From positions 1 through 64,000 of the IMG/VR virus record IMGVR_UViG_3300043313_000346: 64,000 nucleotides of DNA, one strand, 5' to 3'. Both the position numbers and the translations under genes were made by a program. Positions 55,626 through 64,000 of this stretch are shown here, one piece after another (the stretch's first letter is position 1; the number at the start of each line of letters is the position of its first letter). The notes below the pieces were generated by a model. That model was not told the DNA's origin. It worked only from the letters and a program-made list of their open reading frames with translations, and made no database searches. Source of the DNA: a virus.

Positions 55626-55824
55626 CGTCGCTGTCAGCCGCTTGCTGTTGCCGGCGCATGATCTCGGCAAGCTCGATCGTGCGGCTCAAGTGAAGCTGCA
55701 CTTCATCGAGTGGCATGTTCAGGAAAACATCCGGCGCTTGGTGGTAGTGGCGCGCGAGCCGGTAGCAATCGAGAATCAAGTCTTTCTCGTCGCCTACCAA
55801 GCGTCCGGATCGGGAAGAAAAAAA
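55618..55824 (-). CDS. Tail assembly chaperone, -1 frameshift extension (gpGT-like)
   Basis: The -1 frame is open from the T7 run at 55818-55824 up to the tape measure start. Confidence 0.7.
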   Translation of the reverse strand, partial: FFSSRSGRLVGDEKDLILDCYRLARHYHQAPDVFLNMPLDEVQLHLSRTIELAEIMRRQQQAADSDDA

Positions 55825-56216
55825 TTGCGTAGCCGATACGCGCACGATGCCCAATCGCGCGGGTCCATCGTATCGAGAAACGGAGACATCACGCCGCTCA
55901 GCGCGGTCATCATCAACGTCATCTTGCGTTCGTCCATGATGACATCGCCGCCAGCATCGATGCGAACCGGCAGACCGTTGCGGTTGATGTCCGCGCCGGT
56001 TGGCTGCCGGAATGACAGTTCGCGAATCTCGTTGCCCTTGTTGTCGCGGATTGGCTTGCGCGTCAGCTTGACCTTGATCGGCCACGTCTCGACATACGGC
56101 TCGGGCTCGGGCGGTGCGGACGGCGCCGCCGGCTCGGCCACAGCATCGATGACGACACCTTCCGGCTTCGCCGCCTCATCGACGGCGACGAAGCCCTCAC
56201 GAACAGGCTTATTCAT
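55794..56216 (-). CDS. Tail assembly chaperone
   Basis: Lies between tube and tape measure; LSFRQPTGADI..MDPRDW..NFF. Confidence 0.85.
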   Translation of the reverse strand: MNKPVREGFVAVDEAAKPEGVVIDAVAEPAAPSAPPEPEPYVETWPIKVKLTRKPIRDNKGNEIRELSFRQPTGADINRNGLPVRIDAGGDVIMDERKMTLMMTALSGVMSPFLDTMDPRDWASCAYRLRNFFLPDPDAW

Positions 56217-56578
56217 AGCTGGATTTCCTCACACCACAGGCCTTCCCATCGCACGCGCGCCTGCCCGTCGCGGGTGTTGCCCTCCAGCGCACTTTTGCAA
56301 GTCGCGCCGGCGAGCGTGTACTGCTTGTTGTTGGCAAGCTGTGCGACGACGGTGACATCCGTCTGCGCATCTAGGTCTTCGAGGTTGACTTCCGGCGTGA
56401 GCGAGATGTCGCCCTCGATGTACGGGACGCGCGGCAATTCCTGATAGCCGTGAACGCCATCCTGCCCGGCGATCATCGTGCGTTCCGTCGGGCTCGGCGA
56501 AACGGTGAAGTTGCCTCGCAATGGAAGCTGGTTGCCGTCGACCATCACGAAGGCAATGCCAGCAAAGCGCTGTGCCAT
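56213..56578 (-). CDS. Tail tube protein (Mu gpM-like)
   Basis: AGIAFVMVDG..GQDGVHGYQE..PYIE..QLANNK. Confidence 0.88.
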   Translation of the reverse strand: MAQRFAGIAFVMVDGNQLPLRGNFTVSPSPTERTMIAGQDGVHGYQELPRVPYIEGDISLTPEVNLEDLDAQTDVTVVAQLANNKQYTLAGATCKSALEGNTRDGQARVRWEGLWCEEIQL

Positions 56579-56618
56579 TTTAGACTCCTGATTTTAGAGA
56601 GGGATGAGCGCGAGGGGA

Positions 56619-58178
56619 TCAGGCCGCGCGCCCGGTGATGCCGACGGTGGGGCCGATGATCTCGGCGTCGATGCCGCGATCGTATTGCAGCCGGAATTGC
56701 GCCAGCACCGCGAACACACGAAGCTGGTTGATCAGGTCCGGCGGGTACAGCACGTTGAGCCGGTTCGGATCGTTCGGGTCACGCTCGACGATCAGATGCT
56801 TTTTGAAGTTGCGCGTGTCCTCGACGAGCCCGTTGTACTCATCCATGCGGTACTGCGCGATCAGTTCGGCCTTCGCGATGCCGGGAGTGATGATCGCCTG
56901 CCCGGGACCGAAGCGCGTGCCGTCGTTGGCCAGCTTGTGCCTCGGGAATTTGCTGGTGATGGCATGGCGCTGATTGCGCAACAGCCGCGCCAGCGTCGCC
57001 AGCGTGGTGACAAGCTCATAAGCATCGTCGGGGTTGCCATAGAGATTGCGCTGGTAGGTCGTCTGCTCTCGGGCGAGCATCGGCTGATTGTCCGATCCGG
57101 TCTTCTGGATCGCGATGCCGCTGAGCGCGAGGCTGTTAAGCTCGGCGAACTTGAAGCGCTCTTGCAACGCCGCCGGCTTGATCTGGTTGAGCGAGAGCGA
57201 CTGCAGCGGACGCGCCGGATCGTTGATCAGTGCGCGCTGTGCCTTCGCCGCATAGGCCGCCGCCCATTCGAACGCCGGCGACGGGCTGCCGACTTCGAAG
57301 CCAAGGATCGAGACCACGCCGGAATTGCGCGTGCCGCCGAACGTGAGCAGATCGGCGTAGATGCCGCGCTTGGCCGAGAAGATGTGGCCGAACAACTGGC
57401 GCTGCCAGCCCCACCGTCCGGAATCCGAGAAGCCGTATTCAAGCTCCCATGCCTGCAGCGACGTCGAGTCGGTGTAGGGCATCGCGACATATTCGAATTC
57501 CATCTCACCGAGATTGTCGATCGCGTCATCCATCTCGGGGACGCCGACGCCGCCGGTGAGGACGCCGCCAACCGGCAACGTGAGCGCGAGCCCGGGCGGC
57601 AGGATTTCACCGCCGATCGAACCGAAGTAGTTCACGCCGACAGCGATCTCGTTGCCGCTGACGCCCTTGAACACCGCAGTGAGCGTCACGTCGGTCGGCG
57701 AACCGACGCTCGTCACCGGCAGATCGATTTGCTCGTTGATCGCGGCCGAGATCGCGACATGGATTTCGTTCACCGTGTCGCTTGCGCCGACGTTGATCGG
57801 GATGTGGTTGCCGCCGACGTAGAGATGGATCGTGCCGGCTTCGGTCGGTGCCGACGCCACCGTGATGACGCCGCTTGCGGCGGTGCCGGCGGCGGGCTCG
57901 GCGAGTGGCAAGCCGTAGACGAGTCCCGACGTGTTGTTGTTGTAGAACGCGCGAAACATGCGGGCCAGTTCAGAGCCGGGCCCGAACGCTTCATCGGCCT
58001 GCGCCTGTGAACCGATCGCGAGCGGGATGTCGATCGGCGCGGCGCCGGCGGTGATCTTGGTGCCGACGAGCAGGGCCGGCTGCTTGAGCACCGGCAAGCC
58101 CGCCTTCGACGGATCGACCTCGACCCAGTAGAGCGGCACTTTGATTTCAGCGGGGATTTGCGAGAACGAAATAGGCAT
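56619..58178 (-). CDS. Tail sheath protein (Mu gpL-like)
   Basis: FGPGSELARM, DPARPLQ, KFPRHKLANDG and PPDLINQLRVFA. Confidence 0.93.
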   Translation of the reverse strand: MPISFSQIPAEIKVPLYWVEVDPSKAGLPVLKQPALLVGTKITAGAAPIDIPLAIGSQAQADEAFGPGSELARMFRAFYNNNTSGLVYGLPLAEPAAGTAASGVITVASAPTEAGTIHLYVGGNHIPINVGASDTVNEIHVAISAAINEQIDLPVTSVGSPTDVTLTAVFKGVSGNEIAVGVNYFGSIGGEILPPGLALTLPVGGVLTGGVGVPEMDDAIDNLGEMEFEYVAMPYTDSTSLQAWELEYGFSDSGRWGWQRQLFGHIFSAKRGIYADLLTFGGTRNSGVVSILGFEVGSPSPAFEWAAAYAAKAQRALINDPARPLQSLSLNQIKPAALQERFKFAELNSLALSGIAIQKTGSDNQPMLAREQTTYQRNLYGNPDDAYELVTTLATLARLLRNQRHAITSKFPRHKLANDGTRFGPGQAIITPGIAKAELIAQYRMDEYNGLVEDTRNFKKHLIVERDPNDPNRLNVLYPPDLINQLRVFAVLAQFRLQYDRGIDAEIIGPTVGITGRAA

Positions 58179-58218
58179 GACGGTGCTCCTGTGAAAGCTG
58201 TGCGAATACTGGCTGGCC

Positions 58219-58533
58219 TTAGGCCGGCTCGTGCGCCTGCGCCCGGCGAGAGCCACTGCGCTCGCCTTCCTTGGACTTCTCTTCACGCTTCGGTTCGGCG
58301 GTCACCGAGCCTTCCTTGATGCGGCGGCGGGTGAACTGATCGAGTGGCCATTCGACCGAGCCCTCTTTCGGGAAGGCGATGCCGCCCGACGGATGCTTGA
58401 GCGCACGGCGCAGGTCGTCGTTTGCCGGATTGACACGCACGCGCGGTGCGGGCGGGTTGAGCTTCGCCATGTGTTCCTTGCGCGCTGCGACTTGCTGTTC
58501 GCGCAAGCTCTTCTCGCCTTCGTTGCTGGCCAT
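58219..58533 (-). CDS. Small tail-associated protein
   Basis: Upstream of the sheath gene; FTRRRIKEGSV. Confidence 0.6.
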   Translation of the reverse strand: MASNEGEKSLREQQVAARKEHMAKLNPPAPRVRVNPANDDLRRALKHPSGGIAFPKEGSVEWPLDQFTRRRIKEGSVTAEPKREEKSKEGERSGSRRAQAHEPA

Positions 58534-58635
58534 TGGTCGTGTCCTCACGCGGTTCGCGTGCCGACAGGACGCCGGCGCGCTTCGGTTGCTTCGGTGGTTG
58601 GGGGAAAAGTGAAGTTAAGCGGCTTTACTTCAGAA

Positions 58636-59286
58636 TTACGCGGCGGCCTTCAGCTTGGCCGGCGTGAACTCGTATTCGGTGATGATGCGCAGCACTTCGT
58701 CGACCGGAGGGATGGTGCCGTCGTGGCGCAATGGCACGGTCTCCTGATGGATGCGCAACAGGTCGTCGGTGATGATCGGCGGGAAAGCGGCGCGGAAGAC
58801 CACGACCGCCTCATATTGCAGTTCGGCGATCGGCGTTTCGTTCGCCCCGATCTGATCCCAATTGATCTTGTAGCTGCCGCCCTTGATGCCCTCGATGATG
58901 ATGCCGTCGGGCAGCGTCACCACGCCGGCGGGCGCGCTCGTGTCGATCAGGTTCATGATGTACTGATCGCGCCACAGCCCGTTCATGATCTGCCAAAAAG
59001 CCGCGTCAAGTTTTCGCTGGCTCTCGACCGGATCGTTGTTCTGGATCACCACCGAGAAGCCGACGGTCATGTCGTTGATGAAGCGCACGTCGCCGGCATT
59101 GATGTCGCCGTCGGCGCTCATGCTCTGGCGCACGAAGTAGACACCGAGATAGGGCAGCACTTCGGGGATCAGCGGCAGCGCCTTGGTGCGCCGCGACTTG
59201 AAGCCGACGAAGAACGGCAGCGTCACGGTCTTCGCATAGAGCGTGTCGCAGATCACCATGCCGTAGCTTTGCGTGTCGGTGATCAC
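58636..59286 (-). CDS. Putative tail terminator/completion protein
   Basis: Position in the neck module. Confidence 0.6.
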   Translation of the reverse strand: MITDTQSYGMVICDTLYAKTVTLPFFVGFKSRRTKALPLIPEVLPYLGVYFVRQSMSADGDINAGDVRFINDMTVGFSVVIQNNDPVESQRKLDAAFWQIMNGLWRDQYIMNLIDTSAPAGVVTLPDGIIIEGIKGGSYKINWDQIGANETPIAELQYEAVVVFRAAFPPIITDDLLRIHQETVPLRHDGTIPPVDEVLRIITEYEFTPAKLKAAA

Positions 59287-59642
59287 GGTTTGGCCGCCTC
59301 ATACTTGCGCAGCGCGCACGTGGTCTGCCCGCCGCCGTCCTGATCGGTGTCGGTGATCTCGAACTCGCCGAGCGGCGCGCCATTGCAGTCGAACGGGATG
59401 GTGACGCGATCGCCCTGCATCGGGACCACGGTGTATTCGGCGTCGCGGATGTCGAGGATGGTGCGCTGATCGGAGAACACCGAACCATCTTCCATCGTCA
59501 CGTTGGTGTCGCCAGTGTTGAAGATGCCGCGCGCGCCATACGCGGGCACGCCCGGCTGCGACGCGAGCGGCGTCACAGTGATCGGCACCGAGAACATATC
59601 CTGACACGGCAGCTTCGCCATCGTTGAGAAGTTCACCGACAT
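59283..59642 (-). CDS. Head-tail joining protein
   Basis: RGIF..PMQGDRV..DGGG; position. Confidence 0.65.
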   Translation of the reverse strand: MSVNFSTMAKLPCQDMFSVPITVTPLASQPGVPAYGARGIFNTGDTNVTMEDGSVFSDQRTILDIRDAEYTVVPMQGDRVTIPFDCNGAPLGEFEITDTDQDGGGQTTCALRKYEAAKP

Positions 59643-59646
59643 CGCG

Positions 59647-59988
59647 TCACCATTTGATCTCGCGCGTCATCATCAGGTTCATGCGCGCACGCAGCACGTT
59701 GAAAAGCTCGGGCCGCAGGATCGGACGCTTGCCCGGCATCCGCTGCACGCGGCGGCTGATGATGCGCTGGCGCGTGCGTAGCTGCCGCGTCGTGCGCCCG
59801 CGCGGCCATATCCGCGTCTCGGCTGTCGTCGGGTTGATCACTTCGGTGATCGGATGCTTGCGATTCATGTCTTCGGTCTGCCACGCCGTCAGTTCGGCCG
59901 GCACCGGCACGACCTGCAGCTTCGCCTGCATCTTCTCGATGCGTTCCTCGATCGCCCACGTCTCGATCAGGATTTCGAAACCCATCAC
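59647..59988 (-). CDS. Putative neck protein
   Basis: Basic ORF in the head-tail module. Confidence 0.55.
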   Translation of the reverse strand: MMGFEILIETWAIEERIEKMQAKLQVVPVPAELTAWQTEDMNRKHPITEVINPTTAETRIWPRGRTTRQLRTRQRIISRRVQRMPGKRPILRPELFNVLRARMNLMMTREIKW

Positions 59989-60623
59989 ACTTCCAATCGG
60001 CTGTAGTGATAGAGCAGCGCATGCACGGCGCGGATCGCTTCGCTGCTGCTGCCGCCGCTCTCGTTGGCGCTCCCCGCTGACTGGTTCGGATCGAAGAACA
60101 TCACGCGCGAGTCCTTGTGGCTGATCGAGCGGATGCCGGCGGTGGCCTCGCGCTGCGCCTCGGTGCGGCCCTTGCGCACGAGCAGCGATGCGGCGTTCTT
60201 CAGATCGGCCGGCGCCTCATAGGGTAGATCGAATCCGCCGGTGTAGGTGACGACGATCTGCGCGCCGATCGGCCCGAAGATCGAGAGCTTGCCGGATGCT
60301 TCCTCAAGTTCGTAGCCGGTGACCGGCAACAGCGCGCCGCTCGGTGACTCGACGCTCTCGATGTCCTCTTCTTTCACAGGCCAGTGCGACAGGAACACGC
60401 GCCGATCGTTGGTGTCGCGCCACGTCTCGCGCACGCGCTCGCGCGCGAACACGCGGTTGGTGACCTCGGACACATAGGCCGAATACCAGTCGATCATCTG
60501 GCGCAGTTGCGGATCGCTCGACACGTCGGCGGCGCCGATGCCGAGCATGACTTTCAATTCGTCGAGCGACAGCAACGCGAAGCTGTCGGCCGGCGTGAGA
60601 ATCTTGATGGTGCGGTCTGCCAT
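59985..60623 (-). CDS. Head-tail adaptor (gp6/gp15-like)
   Basis: LLSLDELKVMLGI..VTYTGGF..PADLKNA. Confidence 0.8.
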   Translation of the reverse strand: MADRTIKILTPADSFALLSLDELKVMLGIGAADVSSDPQLRQMIDWYSAYVSEVTNRVFARERVRETWRDTNDRRVFLSHWPVKEEDIESVESPSGALLPVTGYELEEASGKLSIFGPIGAQIVVTYTGGFDLPYEAPADLKNAASLLVRKGRTEAQREATAGIRSISHKDSRVMFFDPNQSAGSANESGGSSSEAIRAVHALLYHYSRLEV

Positions 60624-60627
60624 GTGT

Positions 60628-62043
60628 TCAGCCGCCGTCGTTCTGGAATTGCTCGAACAGTTCGCGCAGATCGAGCGGGGCGCCTTCGGTGCCGTCGCTC
60701 AGCACCGGCTTGGCCTCATAGCTGCGCCGATCGATCAGCCAGCGCGCGATGCCCGGGCCGGCGGGCCCGCGCTCGCCGCGCGGACCCTGCACGCCCTTCT
60801 CGCCCTTGGTGCCGTGCGCCACGAGCAGTTGCCAATCATCGCCCGGGATCGGGCCCGGGTTGTCCTTGCGCGCGACGAAGCTGCCCTTGTTGAACGCCAC
60901 GATGTCGAGCGCGCGATATTTCTCGCTCTCGCTATAGGTGCCGCGCACATCCGGCGACGCGCCATCGCGGCCGCCGCGCGCGAGACAAATCCAGTCGGCA
61001 TGCGGCGGCGCATGGCCGGTGTCCTTGGTCGCCTGCCACAGCCCGCCGCCATGCGCGACGACCTGCGCCGCGTAGTGAACCGCGCCGAGCGCGTAGAGCT
61101 TGACGATCGGCAACATCCCGGGCGCGCCTCGATCGCCGACGTCGCCCTTGTCGCCCTTCTCGCCGGGCTCGCCGCGTGGGCCGACGTCGCCGGCTTTGCC
61201 GACAAGGCCAGCCACACCTTGCTCACCTTTTTCGCCGCGATCGCCGGTGGGTCCGACGTCGCCCTTCAATCCCATTTCGCCACGCTCGCCGGGCTCGCCG
61301 ATGAGCCCGCGTTCGCCGGCAGGACCGGAGGGACCGACAGCGCCGGGCTCGCCAGCGAGGCCCGGATCGCCGGCAGGGCCGGGATCGCCCTTCAGCCCAA
61401 TATCGCCTTGCGGACCTGTTCCGCCGTCAGCGCCGCGCTCGCCGGCAGGTCCGGCGGGTCCAGCAGGTCCGATGTCGCCTGCGGCGCCACGTTCGCCGGT
61501 GGGGCCGGCTGGCCCGGCAGGACCGGCTTCGCCGACGGCGCCACGTTCGCCTGCGGGTCCGGCGGGTCCGACGGCACCGATGGCGCCGCGTTCGCCTGCG
61601 GGTCCGCGCTGTCCGATGATTCCGCGCTCGCCCTGCAATCCTTTTTCGCCGCGTTCGCCGGCTGGTCCGGTGGGTCCGGTCTCGCCGGCCGGGCCGGGCT
61701 GTCCGATGATTCCGCGCTCACCTTGCAATCCTTTCTCGCCAGCCGGGCCGGCGGGCCCGCGCTCGCCGTCTTTCACTTCGGCGAGCCGCGCGCGCACCAT
61801 GTCGAGCACTTCACCGCGCAGCGTCACGATCGCGGCCTGCATCTTGTCGATCGTGCCATGCGCCTTGGCGATCGCGCTTTGCGCCTGCGCCTCGATCAGC
61901 GCGCGCTCGCGTTCCCAATGCCGGCGCTCTTGCACCAGCACTTCGCCGAGCGCCTCGCGCCATGCATCAAGCAGATCGTCGGCGGCCAATCCTTGAGGCG
62001 GCGCGTAGGATGTTTCTGACTTCCCGTTGGACGTTGTCGTCAT
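60628..62043 (-). CDS. Collagen-like (Gly-X-Y) protein
   Basis: Coiled-coil N-terminus, long uninterrupted GXY tract and C-terminal RGTYS..GDDWQL domain. Confidence 0.85.
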   Translation of the reverse strand: MTTTSNGKSETSYAPPQGLAADDLLDAWREALGEVLVQERRHWERERALIEAQAQSAIAKAHGTIDKMQAAIVTLRGEVLDMVRARLAEVKDGERGPAGPAGEKGLQGERGIIGQPGPAGETGPTGPAGERGEKGLQGERGIIGQRGPAGERGAIGAVGPAGPAGERGAVGEAGPAGPAGPTGERGAAGDIGPAGPAGPAGERGADGGTGPQGDIGLKGDPGPAGDPGLAGEPGAVGPSGPAGERGLIGEPGERGEMGLKGDVGPTGDRGEKGEQGVAGLVGKAGDVGPRGEPGEKGDKGDVGDRGAPGMLPIVKLYALGAVHYAAQVVAHGGGLWQATKDTGHAPPHADWICLARGGRDGASPDVRGTYSESEKYRALDIVAFNKGSFVARKDNPGPIPGDDWQLLVAHGTKGEKGVQGPRGERGPAGPGIARWLIDRRSYEAKPVLSDGTEGAPLDLRELFEQFQNDGG

Positions 62044-63421
62044 GGCCTTTGCCTTCGACTGGTGACGCGGGCGGCTCGGACGGTTTCTTTTCGTCGGGCT
62101 TGGCGAGCAGCGCAGTCGGCGCGCCGGGCACCGACGGCGGCGCGCCGGGACCGGGCGCTGCCGGGATCGCGCCGGCTGCGGAGAGCGGCACGACTTGTTG
62201 TTGCACGCGCGGCTCGTCGCCGAACTTGACCTCGTCGAATCCTTCACGCACGCGCGCTTCATTCGGAGCCATCACGCCGCCCTGCACGGCTTTGACCAAA
62301 CCGTCGATGCGGTCTTTGAAGGCCGAGCGCAGGAGGGCGGCGGTGTCGAATTCGAGATACTCTTCAGGCTGCCCCTTCAATTGAAACAGCAACCCGAACG
62401 CCTCTTCGATGTGGTTGAGCGCAAAGCCGAGCCCGGTGGCGATCCATTGCTGCATCAACGCTTCAGTCGACGTGACGCCGGTGCCGCCGAGACCGAGCAG
62501 CGATAGCGGGATGCGATAGGCCAGCGCGACGTTCTGCCCCGACAACTTCATGATCTCGGCAAGCTCGGCATCCTTCGCGCCCATCGCCCACGGCTGCACC
62601 TTCAGGCCGGCGGTGAGGATCGGCGTGCCGCCTTGCTGCAGCCCGCGCACCTGTTCGTTCCAGCGATCGCGCAGCGCCTGCACCTGATCCTTGTCAAGCT
62701 GCAGGTCGGTCGACAGCACGGCGCTCGGCCGCGCTTGGTTCATGTAGAAATTGATCTGTTGCTTCAGCATCGCGTTGCCTGCCGCGATGTCGTTCGCCGC
62801 CGCCTCGATCGGTGAAGCGCCGATCAGCGGAAACGGATAGCGCCGCGAGGGATGCAAGCGCACGTGCAGCACGTCGCGCTGCGGCACCAGCACTTCGCCC
62901 AAGCGCTCCATCACGTCATTGCCGCCGAGCCGATAGAACACATCTCCGGTCGAGCGCACGACCTGCGGCGCCGACTCGCGCGGGCTCATCAGATGAAGCT
63001 CGTCGATCTCGTAGCGATCGTTGCGCAGCGCCAGCGCGTAGGCATTGCCGTCGAGAAACAGCGAACGCGTCAGGCTCAGCATGAAATCGCTGATCGTCTG
63101 ATACAGGTTTGGCCTGCGCAGAATGCGCGACAGCGCCGATGTGGAGATGCGATCGCGACCGTTCTTGACGTTCATCCGCCAGTGATCGCCCGGGCACATC
63201 GCCACGGTCTGGCTGTAGGCCGAGAGCGCGGCTTCGACCATCGCCGATGAGCCCGACATATCGATCGGGTCATAGCCAAGCTGCCACCAGTTGATGTTCT
63301 CGCCGACATAGGCAGGCAGAATCCCGCCCGTGACAGGTAGCTGCCACGGGCCGGGATGATAATCGCCCTCGCCCTTCGTGACGGGCGAGGGCGCGCGGCC
63401 TACGAGCGGAACGTGCCTCAT
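61967..63421 (-). CDS. HK97-family portal protein
   Basis: LRRPN..LFLDGNAY, DVLHVR, GASPI and GVMAPNEARVREG. Confidence 0.92.
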   Translation of the reverse strand: MRHVPLVGRAPSPVTKGEGDYHPGPWQLPVTGGILPAYVGENINWWQLGYDPIDMSGSSAMVEAALSAYSQTVAMCPGDHWRMNVKNGRDRISTSALSRILRRPNLYQTISDFMLSLTRSLFLDGNAYALALRNDRYEIDELHLMSPRESAPQVVRSTGDVFYRLGGNDVMERLGEVLVPQRDVLHVRLHPSRRYPFPLIGASPIEAAANDIAAGNAMLKQQINFYMNQARPSAVLSTDLQLDKDQVQALRDRWNEQVRGLQQGGTPILTAGLKVQPWAMGAKDAELAEIMKLSGQNVALAYRIPLSLLGLGGTGVTSTEALMQQWIATGLGFALNHIEEAFGLLFQLKGQPEEYLEFDTAALLRSAFKDRIDGLVKAVQGGVMAPNEARVREGFDEVKFGDEPRVQQQVVPLSAAGAIPAAPGPGAPPSVPGAPTALLAKPDEKKPSEPPASPVEGKGHDDNVQREVRNILRAASRIGRRRSA

Positions 63422-63423
63422 GT

Positions 63424-63765
63424 TCAGCTTGTCGGTTCAGCCGGCCTCGATTGACGCGTCTGATACCCGCCCGGTGCCGGGCGCTTCGCTTCCGACTGCT
63501 TGGTCTGCTTGGGCGGGAAGCTCTGATCCTGCTCAGGGCTGCCGTCGGGCTCGTGCTCGGGCACATGAACGCCCATCGCAGCGAGATCGTTTTCCTCCTG
63601 CGTCGGTGTCGGCTTGCCGGCTTCCGGCGCTTCCTTGGCTGCCGCCTCGCGAGCTTGGCGCTGCTCGGCGACGACCTTCTTTGCGTTTTCTTGGCGCTCC
63701 TTATCCGCCTTCTGGGCTTCCTGTGCCCGCGCCTGTGCTGCTTGGTCGCTTGATTGATCGGTCAC
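63424..63765 (-). CDS. Hypothetical protein between capsid and portal
   Basis: GTG start with AAGGAGG RBS; PTPTQEEND and YQTRQ. Confidence 0.65.
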   Translation of the reverse strand: MTDQSSDQAAQARAQEAQKADKERQENAKKVVAEQRQAREAAAKEAPEAGKPTPTQEENDLAAMGVHVPEHEPDGSPEQDQSFPPKQTKQSEAKRPAPGGYQTRQSRPAEPTS

Positions 63766-63798
63766 GATGGACCTCCTTGTTTCAACGGTGGGGAGTTG

Positions 63799-63824
63799 AA
63801 AGCCCCGCCAGAGTTGGCGGGACT
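63799..63824 (-). terminator. Terminator-like hairpin after the capsid gene
   Basis: AAAG-CCCCGCCA-GAGT-TGGCGGG; U-tract on the minus strand. Confidence 0.55.
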
Positions 63825-63845
63825 CTCAGACGTCAACGCGTGAGA

Positions 63846-64000
63846 TCACCAAGTGACGCCGGCCATCCACGCGACCACGCCAGTGCGGCGCAGCGTCCAG
63901 TTCAGCGGCATGATCAACCGCAGGGCCAAGCTGTCGGTCTGGTAGAGCGACCGCACCGGAGCGGCGACAACGGCGGGCGTGCCCGGCGTGCCGATCGCGA
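63846..64000 (-). CDS. Major capsid protein, C-terminal fragment (truncated by the window edge)
   Basis: The minus strand translates as ..PVRSLYQTDSLALRLIMPLNWTLRRTGVVAWMAGVTW*, a typical HK97-fold capsid C-terminus. Confidence 0.78.
   Translation of the reverse strand, partial: AIGTPGTPAVVAAPVRSLYQTDSLALRLIMPLNWTLRRTGVVAWMAGVTW

Noticed and set aside
61100-61996. Plus-strand collagen-like ORF
   Set aside because: It is the antisense mirror of the real minus-strand GXY gene. The same applies to 44384..44713.

Overview
The window is most of one temperate tailed phage genome. It is GC-rich, and an alphaproteobacterial (Rhizobiales/Bradyrhizobium-like) host is an inference only. It appears to be in its free, non-integrated configuration. 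From left to right: (1) a probable cos/packaging end with IHF-like sites, a near-perfect host-type parS palindrome and an HNH endonuclease fused to a P-loop kinase domain. (2) A minus-strand replication and late-control block: NusG/RfaH-like factor, iteron-like CCGCGAA cluster, MT-A70 methyltransferase, primase-helicase and RuvC-like resolvase. (3) A plus-strand early region with YqaJ exonuclease and RecT, about 60 small translationally coupled ORFs, and a tyrosine integrase followed by an intact attP-like site. (4) An accessory locus at about 25.6-33.9 kb. (5) On the minus strand, an amidase lysis cassette, a Mu-like contractile tail and an HK97-type portal and capsid; the capsid gene runs off the right edge. 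The most striking feature is the accessory locus. Behind an operator-controlled promoter and a long structured leader, eight gene units are each separated by a conserved ~50-100 bp intergenic element. This element usually begins at the upstream gene's stop codon, forms up to three hairpins with compensatory stem changes (the last with an invariant CGCAAC loop motif) and ends in an AAATGGAG ribosome-binding site. The cargo is a MoxR-like AAA / DUF3150-like / vWA-metallopeptidase triad plus several exported proteins, including a Rap1a/Tai-like immunity protein. It looks like a repeat-delimited gene-cassette array that is neither an integron nor a CRISPR. All family assignments come from motif recognition by eye; no searches were run.
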